Shown: positions 30,157 to 42,127 of the stretch, piece after piece
How the letters are laid out: every line of letters begins with the position of its first letter
Numbering within the stretch: the first letter of the stretch is position 1
Assembly: GCA_965112735.1 (NCBI GenBank)
Contig: OZ218965.1
Location: 806,001 to 870,000 of the forward strand
Reading direction: 5' to 3'
Length of the DNA stretch: 64,000 nucleotides
Origin: Phaeosaccion multiseriatum
Lineage: Eukaryota > Protista > Ochrophyta, other classes
Made by a program: the position numbers and the translations under genes
Notes under the pieces: model-generated
What the model saw: the letters and a program-made list of their open reading frames with translations, nothing else
The model's database searches: none
What the model was told of the DNA's origin: nothing

Positions 30157-30622
30157 GTTGTCTCGCTGTTAAATATGGAAGCTCCGTCTCACTCCCGTCT
30201 CTGCTCCCCCCCCCTCCTCTCTCTCTCTCTCTCTCTCTCTCTCCTGACGTCCCCAGTCCAGCTGAAGAAAGAAGAGACCTCGACAAAGGCCACGACAAGT
30301 ACGAGCACAGTACGAAGCTCCGTAGGAAGCCCTAGGACAACACAATTTGCTGTTGTATTGCCCCTGTGGAAGAATGTTCCCAAATCTGTGAGTTTCCGCT
30401 TTGCTTGTGAAGCTTTTGGCACCTCCCTGAACTTCGGCCTCCCAGCCAAGGATAGAGACAAAGCAAGAAGAACCTTTAAAGCACGGAGGGTAGACAAAGG
30501 GGCGAGGAGATTCGCGGCCCTTTTCGTAGGTCCTCCGCGGGCCTCCGTGTCCACTCGCAGCAGAACAAATGCCTGGCCAGAAGCGAGGGAGGGCAGGGGC
30601 TTCAAGGGAGAGAAAGAGCTCG

Positions 30623-32286
30623 ATGGGAGCTCCTGACGATGGGCGCTTCACTCCGCAGGGGACGAAGGCACTATATCCCGTTTGCAGGGGTGCTTCAGCT
30701 GAGGATGGTGGTGGTGGTGTTGCGACTAGAGGCGACACCAAGGCCATCTTGGCTTCTGCGTCAATGTCGCTACCGCTGCTGCTTCTCCTACTGCTGCAGG
30801 CGCCCTCCACAAGCGAGGCCTTGCAGTTGAGTGCGGGAATAGGTCTTAAGGGGGGAAGCTTGGGGAGAGCATCGGCCACTCGTCGGCAGCCAAATGGCCC
30901 GGGAGTCTTCGCTAGAAGGCCAGGAGCCGGGGGAGAGGGACAGCGACCACCAACCCAAGCCCCAGCAAGGGCAGGAGGAGAGAAGGCAGCAGTGAGAGCA
31001 ACGAGAAGAGTAGGAGGTCTAGCAGGGAATGGCAGGAGTAGTGGTGGTGGCAGCGGTGGCAGAGCGCGACCCTTGCACTCGTCGATGGGTCGACAGGGAC
31101 CACCGTCCTCGTCGGTGCAGCATCCACCGAAGAAGCAACAGGGGCAGAGGATGCAACAGCAGCGACAGGAGCGACAACAACAACAGCAGCAGCAGCAGCA
31201 GCAGCAGCAGGAGGAGGAGCAGGGCGGGCAGTCTCGGGGCCGAGCATCATCGCGCGTCTCGCCTGCCTCCTCCTCCCCCCCCTCCTCTGCCTCAACAACG
31301 CCCACCCTGATCCGTGGTGCTTCCCGCCCCTGGCACTCTGCCAAGGAGGCCACCGACCTTGCAGCGGCAGGCGACTGGGCCAGGGCCATGAGAGCCTTCC
31401 ACAGGTACCTCGCCAACCCAAAGCCGCAGGTAGGTGTCCTTCCCTTCCTTCTCCTTCCCTTCCCTTCTCTTCCTTCCCTTCCCTTCCCTTCCCTTCCCTT
31501 CCCTTCCCTTCCCTTCCCTTCCCTTCCCTTCCCTTCCCTTTCATTTCCTTCCCTTCTCTCCCTTCTCTCTTTCCTGTTCCTCCTTCACTCCTTTCCTGTT
31601 CCTTCCCTTCCCTTCCCTTCCCTTCCCTTTCCCTTCCTTTCCTTTCCTTTCCCTTCCTTCCCTTCACTTCACTCCATTCCTGTTCCTTCCCTCCCCTTCC
31701 CTTCCTTCCCTTCCCGTCTCTTTCCTTTCCTTCCCTTTCCTTTCCTTCACTTCCCTTTGCTTCCCTTCCCTCCCTTCACTCCGTTCCTGTTCCTTCCCTT
31801 CCCGCCCTCCTCTTCCCTTCCCGCCCCGCCCCGCCCCGCCCCGCCCCGCCCCGCCCTTCCCTTCCCTTCCCTTCCCTTCCCCATGCTACTATCTGCCCTT
31901 CGTTGCCATCTGCTGACAGGTTCAAGAGTGCAACAAGTTTCTCAGAGCGCTAGGCGATGCCGGTGAGTGAGCAAGTGTATGAGGTTGGGCAGTGCAGCAG
32001 TGCGTGAGGGACTGAGTGAGTGAGTGTGCGCGAGTGAGTGTACGACTCAGGACCACGCACACAGACAGACATACAGACAGAGAGACAGACAGACAGAGAG
32101 ACAGACAGACAGACAGGCAGACAGACAGGCAAGCAGGCAGACAGACAGACAGACAGACAGACAGACAGGCAGACACACAGGCAAGCAGGCAGACATACAG
32201 ACAGACAGACAGACAGACAGACAGGCAAGCAGACAGACAGACAGGCAGACAGACAGACAGACAGGCAGACACACAGGCAAGCAGGC

Positions 32287-32351
<65 letters not shown>

Positions 32352-32646
32352 GGCAGACACACAGGCAAGCAGGCAGACAGACAGGCAGGTAGAGACAGAC
32401 GTAGTCACTCGCTGCCTGCTCTTCCTGCCTCTGTACATTCACTGCCATCTCCCCCGCCTATGCCAGCTCACCTCACCGTGCCGTTGCCCATATGCCTGTG
32501 CATGTGCGCCCGTGCCCATACGCCTTTTGTGTGTGCAGGGCGGCTGGAGGATGCGCAGCTTGCCTACGAGGCCCTGATCGCTGCAGGGGTGACGCCCACC
32601 ATCGTCACTTTCAGCACCCTCATCTCCAGGGCCGGCAAGTACAAGA

Positions 32647-32715
<69 letters not shown>

Positions 32716-35700
32716 TGTGTGTGTGTGCGTGTGTGTTGAGAGCTACACTGCTCAAGTGCCTTACTGTGCTTGTGTGTCTCCATTTCTCCGCGTACATGTT
32801 ACATAGGTACATGTACTTACTTACATCTTCCCTCTCCCTCGGCTGCTCAGTCGTCAGTCGTGGCTCGATGCTCTGATTGAGTACTGGCGCATGCCTCTTA
32901 CCGAGCCTTCTGTTGCCTTCTGTTGCTGCCCTCCCCCCTCCCCTACCGTTACTCCTGCCCCTGCTTCCCCTGTGCCCATATGACTGCTGCTGCTGCTGCT
33001 GCCCATATGACTGGACTGGCAGGCCGATAAAGCCGAGGGTTTCTACCTCGCCATGGTGAAGTGTGGCATCCGGCCTGACGTGCAGGCTCTCAACAGCCTC
33101 ATCAACGCATTCGCGAAGGCGGGATGCCCCGACAAAGGTAAGGGAGGGAGGGAGGGAGGGAGGAATGTCTGTCGATTGGACTCCGAAGAGCTCTGTCCGT
33201 GGTAGGGTGGTTGGGTTTGTATGCGACTTCGCTCGGCCCAGACGCAATCCCATGTCCATCTGTGACTTCTCTGCATGACCATCACCTCTCTCTCGGTCTC
33301 TTCTCTCTCCTGTCCCCTCCCCCTCCATCCCCTCTCCTCCCCTCCACTCTCCTCCCCTCCCCTCCACTCCACTCCACTCCACTCCTCCACCTCCTCCCTC
33401 AACACCTCATATCCCCCCCCACCGCAACACCACAGCCCTTGCCGTCTACGAGCAGATGAAACGTCTCAACGTGACCCCCACCCTCATCACCTTCAACAGC
33501 CTCATAGACTCTTGTGTCCGAGGCAACCAAATGGAGCACTGCGCATCCATCCTTGCCAGCATGACTGCCTACGACTTGGTGCCCAACGAGAGGACGTTCT
33601 CCATCATTGTGCACAGTCATGCCGTGGCGGGGAGGGTGGATGAGGCCTTTGCCGTGCTGGAGGTGATGGTGGACAAGGGCCTGACACCCAATAGCGTTAC
33701 TTACTCGGTAAGTTGTGGGGGCGAGGGGATGGCAGTGGATGGAGGGGGGCGGGGGGAGGGCCGTGGATGGTAGGGTTGGTGACGGTACTGCTTCCCCTCT
33801 GTTTCTTTCTCTCTCTCTATCTCTCTCTCGCGCTTTATTCCCCTCTCTCTCTTTCTCTCCCCCTCTCAATCTCCCTCTCTCCCACCTTCCGCCCTCCTCC
33901 GCCCTCTACCCCTGCCCACCCACCCACCCACCCAACCCACCCACCCCTGTCCATCACGTAGGCCCTCATCAACGCTTGCGGTCGAGCTGGCCAACTGGAG
34001 AGAGCGTTTTCCACTTTAAGACAGATGCTTGCCGCCGGCCTCAAGCCCAATGTCGTCACGTGGACCACCCTTCTGCACGCCTGCGGCAAGGGGAAGCAGG
34101 TACGGACACCTGACACCCTGTACGGCGCCCCTCGTGAATAACGGACACCTGACACCTGTTACCCCCCCCCACGCACACACACACACGCACGCACACACAC
34201 ACACACGCACACACACACACTCAGCTGGGTCTGAGCTTTGCCCTGTTTCAAGAGATGGTGCGGCAGCCTGGCGTGGCACCGAATGGAGTGACTTGTACGG
34301 CACTCATGGACGCTTGCCTTAAGGTTAGTGCGTGTGTGCGTGCGTGTGTGCGTGCGTGTGTACGTGTGTGCGTGTGTGCGTGTGTGGGTGGATGTGTGTG
34401 TACGTGTGTGCGTGTGTGGGTGGATGTGTGTGCGTGTGTACGTGTGTGTGTGTGTGGGTGTGTGGGTGGATGTGCGTGCGTGCATTGGGATGGGAGAGGT
34501 TCTCGACTCGCCTCGACTCACGAGCGTTCCTTTCTGACCTACTGTTGCCCTGCTCTCTCTCTCTCTCTCTCTCTCTCTCCCCTCCCCTCCCTCCCCGCCC
34601 CCTCTGCCCCCCCCCCGTCCTCCCCCCCCTGTGGTACAAACACACACGCCCACACGCACCCACCCACACCCACACACACACCCACACACACACACCCACA
34701 CCCACACACACGCACACACACACACACACACACACACGCATACCACTCTCCGGACACACAGGACGGTCAGCTGGACATGGCGTTTCAGGTGCTGGAGTAC
34801 ATGGGGAGCGTCGGCCTAGAGCCCACTGAGGTTACGTACACATCGCTCCTGTCTGAGTGTGCCAAGTCCGGTCGAGCCGACGAAGGGGCGGCCGTGCTGG
34901 CTAAGGTGCTGTCAAGACAGAGGTAAGGTGGTTGCAGTTTCAGTTTCAGTATGTGTATTGCTCTCCATCTCGACGATGAAAAGCGTGATTACAGATTTTG
35001 GTCCTGACACTCACTACTGCATCTCTGTTTCATTGGTATAGGGAGCTGCAGCGGAAGAGGAAGGCCATGCTCGATGCGGCGGAGGCCGGGCGCATTGAGG
35101 AGAGAAAGCTTCAGCTTGCCGTGAAGCCAGAGGCAACCGATGAGACAGAGAGGGACGGGGGGGGGAGGGATGCAAGAGCGGGTGGGGTAGCGGGTGGGGT
35201 AGCGACAAGAACGAGTGCCCCCCCCGGGGCGGCTCGTGCTGCCGTATCACCAACTGGTGGCTCTGCTGACCCTGGGTCCGTGTCGGCCCGTGGTGGTGAG
35301 GGAGGCAGATCCCGTTCCTCTTCTTCCTCCTCCTCCTCCTCCTCCTCCTCCTCCTCCTCCTCCTCCTCCTCCTCATCCTCCGGTGGGGCTTTAACTACTT
35401 CGACGAAGGGTTCTAACCAAGTAGCAGGGAAGGGAGGGGGGATGACGCTGGGCAACAGCAGCGCCGGTGCTCGCAACCTCAAAGCGGAGAAGATGATGAC
35501 TGGAGGGATGGACTCTGCTAGTGGGACAAACGCAGTAGCCGCAGTAGTTGGTGATGCAGCAGTGAAGGCAGCGGCGGCAGCGGTCGCAATCTCGCCCTCG
35601 CCATCCGCTGCCATCCCTGCTGCTGCCAAGGTCAGCAAGGGGCAGGGACAGAGCAGAAGGCAGTCTAAGGTGCTGGTTGAGCAAGATGTGTTTCAGCTCT

Positions 35701-38700
35701 TTGGTCGGGCCAAGCGGCTCGACGAGGCCTTCAAGCGGGCAGAGGGCATGCTGGATCGGATGACAGTGGATGGGAGAGAGGCGTGGGATGTGGATGTGGA
35801 GGGGGGTGGTGGACATTGGGACACTCTGATCGGGGCGGTGGATACGGCCAATGAGTTGTCCAGAGCGGTTCGGCTTTTGGAGGGTATGAGGGACAAGGGG
35901 CAGCAGTTGCCGATCAATGGTGAGAGAGAGGAGGATAGGAGGGAGGGGGGTGGGTGGGAGTGTGCGGGGGAGAGAGGGGTGGAGGGGAGGGTGGCGGGCG
36001 AGGGGGGCTGGGATCGGAGGGAGGGAGGGAGGGGTGGGGGTGTGGGGAGGGAGGGGTGAGAGAGGAGAGGGTCTGGATGCTTTTATATGGTTGACTCATT
36101 GCCCCCAAGCCCCCGCTTCGTGCGGCGTACGCCATCGGTATCATTTGCACTCTCTCTGACTTTTACTGTGTTGTCTCCCTCTCTCCCTTCCTCCCTCCCT
36201 CCCTCCCTCCCTCCCTCCCTCCCTCCCTCCCTCCCTCCCTCCCTCCCTCCCTCCCTCCCTCCCTCCCTCCCTCCCTCCCTCCCCCCTCCCTCCCTCCCTC
36301 CCTCCCTCCCTCCCTCCCTCCCTCCCTCCCTCCCTCCCTCCCTCCCTTCCCTCCCTCCCCCCTCCCTCCCTCCCTCCCTCCCTCCCTCCCTCTCCCTCCC
36401 TACCCCCCTCTCTCCCTCCCTCCCTCCCTCCCTCCCTCCCTCCCTCCCTCCCTCCCTCCCTCCCTCCCTCCCTCCCTCCCTCCCTCCTCCTCCCTGCAGA
36501 GGTGACGTACTCCGCCCTCCTCGGTGCGTGTGGGCGCGTGAGCGACTTGGCCAAGGCGATGCACTTGCTGCGAGACATGAAGGAGGCAGGAGTCACGCCG
36601 TCTGAGAGCTCTTACCTCAAGGTGTTCGAGGTTTGCCGGAAGGTGTGTTGTTGGGGTGTGGTTGAGGTGTTTTTGTGGAGAGAGAAAGAGTGAGAGGAAT
36701 AGACAGATCGAGATATATACATGTATATATATAGAGAGAGAGGGAGATACAGAGAGAGCCAAGAGAGACAGAGAGAGGGAGATACAGATAGAGAGAGACA
36801 GAGAGACAGTGTGTGTTTCTTCCGTACTCGTACCATATGCTGACATATGCTGACATGACACGTCCTTGATACCCTCCCGGCACGGTGGATCCTGACACCC
36901 TGGACTCACAGGCTGGCGATGGGCAGGCGGCCATTGACGTGTTCGACATGATGAAGCGCGAGGGCATGAATCCCGGTGTGCGGGCATACACCTCCTTGCT
37001 GGAGGCTCTGTCGAAGGACAATAGCAAGCAGGTGGCTGCCATGGCGGCGAGGGGCATCAAGACCAAGCCAGTTGTGAGTGCTGCAGCAGTTGGTGCTCTA
37101 CGGGCGGATAGAGCCGAGCGATTGGACCCTTCGAGCAGCAGCTTCAAGGAGGCACAGAAGGAGGCGTTGGAGGAGCAGGAGCGGCGGAGGATACGACAGT
37201 TGGGGATACAGCAGCAGCCTGGCGACGACGGGGAGGACGACTACGGGTACGGCAGTGGATGGGGGGGGGCACCGCAGCAAGACCCCAACCAGGGTAAGCG
37301 ACACAAGCACAAGCAGAGTCAGAGGTCCTCCTTTAACTCGAATCACGGGCAGTGGCAGCAGCACCAACAGCAGCAGCAGAGCAGCGAGAACCTCATGAAG
37401 GCCTTTTTAGTGTTTCGGGAGATGCAGAGCGCGGGACTGCGCCCGGACAGGCAGGCCTTCAATGCCCTGGTGAGTGAGAGGGGGAGGGAGGGAGGGAGGG
37501 AAGGAGGGGGCGATGAGTGAGTGGGTCAGTGAGTGAGTGAGTGTGTGTGTGAGTGAGTGAGTGAGTAGGGTGAGTGAGTGAGTGTGTTTGGGTGAGTGAG
37601 TGAGTGTGTGTGTGAGTGAGTGAGTGCGTGAGTGATGTTTTGAATAAACGAGTAAGTGAGCGAGTGTGGTGAGTGAGGTGAGTGAAGTGAGTGAGTTGAG
37701 TGCGTGAGTGAGGTTGTGGATGAATGAGAGAGTGAGTGAGTGAGTGTGGTGCGTGACTGAGTGCGTGGGTGAGTGACTGAGTGGCGAGTGAGTGAGTGAG
37801 TGTGTGAGTGGGTGAGTGAGTGAGTGAGTGAGTGAGTGAGTGAGTGGGTGAGTGAGTGAGTGAGTTGAGTGAGTGAGTGAGTGCGTTGGTGAGTGAGTGA
37901 GTGAGTGAGTACGGTGAGTGATTGAGTGAGCGTGAGTGAATGAGTGCGGCGAGGTGAGTGAGTGAGTGAGGAATGACCGAGAGGGCGAATGGTTGACTGA
38001 GTGAGTGCTCACAATCAATACACACACACACATGTGGGCATGAATCACCAACAGGTCAACAGCTGCGCCCAGAGCGGTGACGTGGAGAAGGCCGTGAGTG
38101 TGCTTGACGAGATGGTGGGGGACCCCCACAACATCACGCCCGATGTCATCACCTACACCTCCCTCATCAAGGCCGCTGCGAAGGCCATCCCGCCAGACGT
38201 AGAGTTCGCGGAGGAGTTGTTCGCGGATATGCAGCAGCGCACCAACCACTTTAGTACCTTCCGACGGCCCACAGAGGTGAGAGGGACTTACCCTTCACTG
38301 ACATACTCTTCACTGACATACGCTCAGTCACAGACCCTTATACCCCTCACCCATACACGTACGCCCTTCACTTGACATGTGACATACACACCCTTCACTG
38401 CCATACGAAATATTGAATGTCCCATTGGTTACAGAAAACTGAAACTACTGGTATACCCACATCCATACCCATGCCCATACCCCTCCTACAGGTGACGTTC
38501 AGCCACATTATGAACGCCAACCTCCAGGCGGGGCTCCTCCCTCGCGTGTTCGAGCTGTGGGCCGCCATGCGCCAGGACGATGCTGTGCCCATCGGGCCCA
38601 GGAGCTGCCGGGTCATCTTGGAAGCCTGCAACATGACAGGTGGGTGGGTAGTACGTCAATGGTTGGGTAGTATGCTTCTAGTCAATGGGTGGGTGTGGGC

Positions 38701-39073
38701 TCCTCTCTCACACCCGTGTGTGCGTGCGTGCGCGCGCGCGCGAGTGTGTATGTGTGTGTGTGTGTGTGTGTGTGGGTGTGTGGGTGTGTATGTGTGTGGG
38801 TGGGTGGGTCTGCTCTCACACCAGCACTGCCCCTCTCCCGTCTCCGCCCCCCCCCTCACCCCCCCTCTCCCTTCCCCCTTCCCATCCACTGTCAACCCCC
38901 CCCCCCACTCCCCCAAAGGCGACGCCCGCCTGGCCCTGGAGGTGTACGCTGGCATGAAGAAGGCCGGGGTAAGGCTCAACAATGCGAGCATGCTGCCGCT
39001 GGTGAGCGTGTGTCGCAGCGCTGGCCTGCTGGACGAGGTTAAGACCATCCTCTTCGAGAGGAGCCTCACCTGA
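30623..39073 (+). CDS. Pentatricopeptide repeat (PPR) protein, probably organelle (plastid) targeted, about 14 exons
   Basis: Many 35-aa motifs, e.g. [87 protein letters not shown]; stop at 39073. Start is 30623 or 30764 ([22 protein letters not shown], signal-peptide-like). Confidence 0.93.
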
Positions 39074-39194
39074 TACATGAGCTGCCATCCACTGCCGTCC
39101 CTCCTCCCATCTTTTCTTTGGGGGGGGGAACGGCACGTAAGGTACCATTCTTTGAGAGAAGGTGGACATGAGCTGCCATCGTGTCGTCTTTTTC

Positions 39195-39226
<32 letters not shown>

Positions 39227-40037
39227 CTGGTGCTGCTTGTGCTCGGCGGGTGAAAGCGTATCGATGTATCGATACATTCTCTCGATGGCACTAGATGGCA
39301 CTAGGCAGGAGAGCCTGTTCGGAGTGTGCTGCCATACTATGGTCCGCAGCCGCCTGGTGAAGAAGTGGGAACTTGCTGAGTAGCCCTACTTTCTTCCGGG
39401 GGGGGATTGGCTGCAAGCAAGGTCCATTTTCTTCGGCAGTTGGTGGCAGCGGACTGGCCAAGTAGGTAACAGTCAGGGTACTTCAGTAGGAATCGGCCAC
39501 TGCCGAGGAGACAAGCAGTGCAGTGCAGTGCAGTGCAGTGCAGTTCAGTTGGACTCGGCTCGGCGCGTCTCTGTCTCTCGGTGCACCTCATCTCCCCTCC
39601 CTATATATCAGCAACTGAGACTATGTTATATATACGAGATAATGGACGGGGAGGCAAGGAAGAGAACCCTCTCGCTCATTCAGCAATACATAAATAAAAG
39701 AGAGTGTAAAACAGGAGGGAAAAGGCACGCTATGGGGCGGCCGGTAGCAGGTAGCACGCCAGCTGACGCCGGCGATAGCAGGTGGTGGTGGTAGTAGTCA
39801 ATATCGATCCCAAGGAAAAATGTCGAGGAAAGAGAGTGGGTCGAACAAGCTGAAACTCATGTGTGTTTTCCGCTGTGGGCGGGAACGATTCTTCACGGAA
39901 TAATAGAGTACAATTCAGTACATCTCTACGAGGAGACGCTGTGGCGAGCGCACACGCATTGCTGTACGACGACTTCCCCCAGCCAAGAAGGAAACCCAGT
40001 GAAGCTAGCCCAAAGCCAGCCAGACGACGAAGGTTTA

Positions 40038-41033
40038 ATGCGCTCCTTGCTGTTTCGCTCTCGTCGTCGGTCATTGTTGCTTCTGCTTGTGGTGGTGGTG
40101 GTGGTGGTCGCGGCGATGGCGAGGGTAAGCGGCACCAGCACGGGATCTTCCCCTCGTCGCCTTGCTATTGTGACGGGCGGCACACGTGGTATTGGACGCG
40201 GCATTGTGGAGAGCTTGATCGAGATGGGAGACTATGATGACATCATAGCTTCGTACAACAGCGATCATGAGGCGGCCAACGCTTTTGTACAAGCCATGGC
40301 TGAGGAGAAGGACGCCACCACAAAGATCCACTTGGTGGCTGGAGACTTAGTCTTGGAAGCCACGCGGGATGCCATTTTCAAGTGCGTCGACGAGGACTGT
40401 GCGGGGTGTGAGTTGACTGTTACAGTGCACAACGCTGGTCTCTACGTCGGTATCACGAGTGGCGACAAAGAATCGCAAGGGCATTTGGATCTCCAACTTG
40501 GCAATGGCTCGCTTATAAAAGACGGCAAGCTTCAGACGGACACCATGGAGTACTATCAAAAGCTCTACGGAGAAGCCTATATGGACTTGTGCGAACGCAG
40601 CTTGGCGCGGATGCGAACGTACGATGCAGCAACCTTTCAAGGATGTCTCATCGGCATCTCGTCCCAAGGGTGCAACTTGCTTCAACGTCCCTTTCCTGGC
40701 TACTCCATGCCTGGAACGGGTAGGTGCTTGATGGAACATACGATGCGTCTGTTTGCCAAAGCGGCGGCCCCGATCGGAGTCAATTGCAATGTCATTATCC
40801 CTGGCGCGGTCCGGACCGAAGCGTGGGATCGAATCGCCGGTGGCGAAGGGAAGGGGGAAGAGCTATTGAACCGATTCTCAAAGGGGCGCAGAGACTCTAT
40901 TATCGACCCGCGCGAGATTGGCGAAGTCGTGGCCTTCTTGAGCCGTCCAAGGGGTGCAGGGCGCTTCATTACTGGACAAAGTCTTTTCGTCGACGGCGGA
41001 CTTGGCCTCCTCGGGCCGCCAACACAGTACTAG
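40038..41033 (+). CDS. SDR, FabL/FabI-like, copy 2, intronless, hydrophobic N-terminal extension
   Basis: Same motifs as copy 1, but the active-site segment is YSMPGTGR (Lys to Arg). ATG at 40038 (alternative 40116). Confidence 0.88.
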   Translation: MRSLLFRSRRRSLLLLLVVVVVVVAAMARVSGTSTGSSPRRLAIVTGGTRGIGRGIVESLIEMGDYDDIIASYNSDHEAANAFVQAMAEEKDATTKIHLVAGDLVLEATRDAIFKCVDEDCAGCELTVTVHNAGLYVGITSGDKESQGHLDLQLGNGSLIKDGKLQTDTMEYYQKLYGEAYMDLCERSLARMRTYDAATFQGCLIGISSQGCNLLQRPFPGYSMPGTGRCLMEHTMRLFAKAAAPIGVNCNVIIPGAVRTEAWDRIAGGEGKGEELLNRFSKGRRDSIIDPREIGEVVAFLSRPRGAGRFITGQSLFVDGGLGLLGPPTQY

Positions 41034-41454
41034 AGACCCGTGTCGCGGCTTATGTGCGGCAGACGACACACAAACTAATTTTGTACAACAAAAGAATGCT
41101 GGCTGATGCACCACCTCCGGCGGGCTCAGCAAGCTTGTTGGGTCAGAGTCAGTTGAGTAGTTTCTGTAACGCATCCCGGGTCGTAGCGGTGGGCAAGGGG
41201 AGTGCCCTAAGACCCTCAGAGTCTTTGGTAACGTTATAGTCGCACTGATTGACGCCAATAGCCATTGTCCTTCCTCACTGCAGGACGGACGGCCGGCGAT
41301 GACAAGAACGGACTGACACAATTCGGTCCTTCATTCGGTGAACGAATAAGTGAACGAGTGCGGTGCGTGAGCGAATGAGTGCGTGAGTAAGTGGGTGAGT
41401 GTGCGAGTGAGTGAGTGAGTGAGTGTGTGAGGGGTGAGGGGGAGAGAGAGGGAG

Positions 41455-41904
41455 TCGGCCCCATGCACGCCTGGTGGCCTAGGCCTATGTGGGAAAATTG
41501 CCCGGCCTAGCGAGGGCCGTAGGCCCTCGGTCAATTTATATGCCGCCGCCTAGGCGACCTAGGCGGGCCGGAGGCCCGCGCGGCCTAAGACAGACGCCAG
41601 CCAACTGGCGGACGGTGGCTGGGAGTGCCCAGAGTGCAAAGAGTAGTCAGTTTCATTGCATGGGATTGGAAGTGAGGAGTAGACTTGGTTCGTGTTGTCT
41701 CTTCCGCCTCGCTGGCCCTACGAGGAGTGCAGAGCTACAGGTGTGCTGCTACCCACTGGCTGGGCGGCACCACGCACGCGCCCACGGTCGGAGGCAGTGT
41801 ACCTATATAGGCCGCCTAGGACTGAAAAGTGAGCGGCCTAGAGCGGCCGGAGGCCGAGCGGCCTAGCGGCCTAGAGCAAAACCGCTAGGCGTGCATGGGG
41901 CCGA
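41455..41904. mobile_element. MITE 2: 18-bp TIR TCGGCCCCATGCACGCCT, 6-bp TSD AGGGAG, GCCTAG-rich subterminal repeats
   Basis: 41455-41472 is the exact reverse complement of 41887-41904. AGGGAG lies at 41449-41454 and 41905-41910. Confidence 0.88.
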
Positions 41905-42127
41905 AGGGAGGGAGGGGGGAGGGAGTGACAAAGGACCCCATGATGCCATCTGTGCTGCCTAAGAGTAACGAGGGAGTGAGCGAACCGTGGCCATGAAATT
42001 GGAACTGAAACTGGACATTCATTTTCTTCTTTGGCCCAAGGGTACCTAAAGTAAACAACTGTTGTGGATTCTCACCGCTTGAACTTGCGCCCTTGAGCCC
42101 CTTGCTCCAGTATCTCACCTCACGCTG

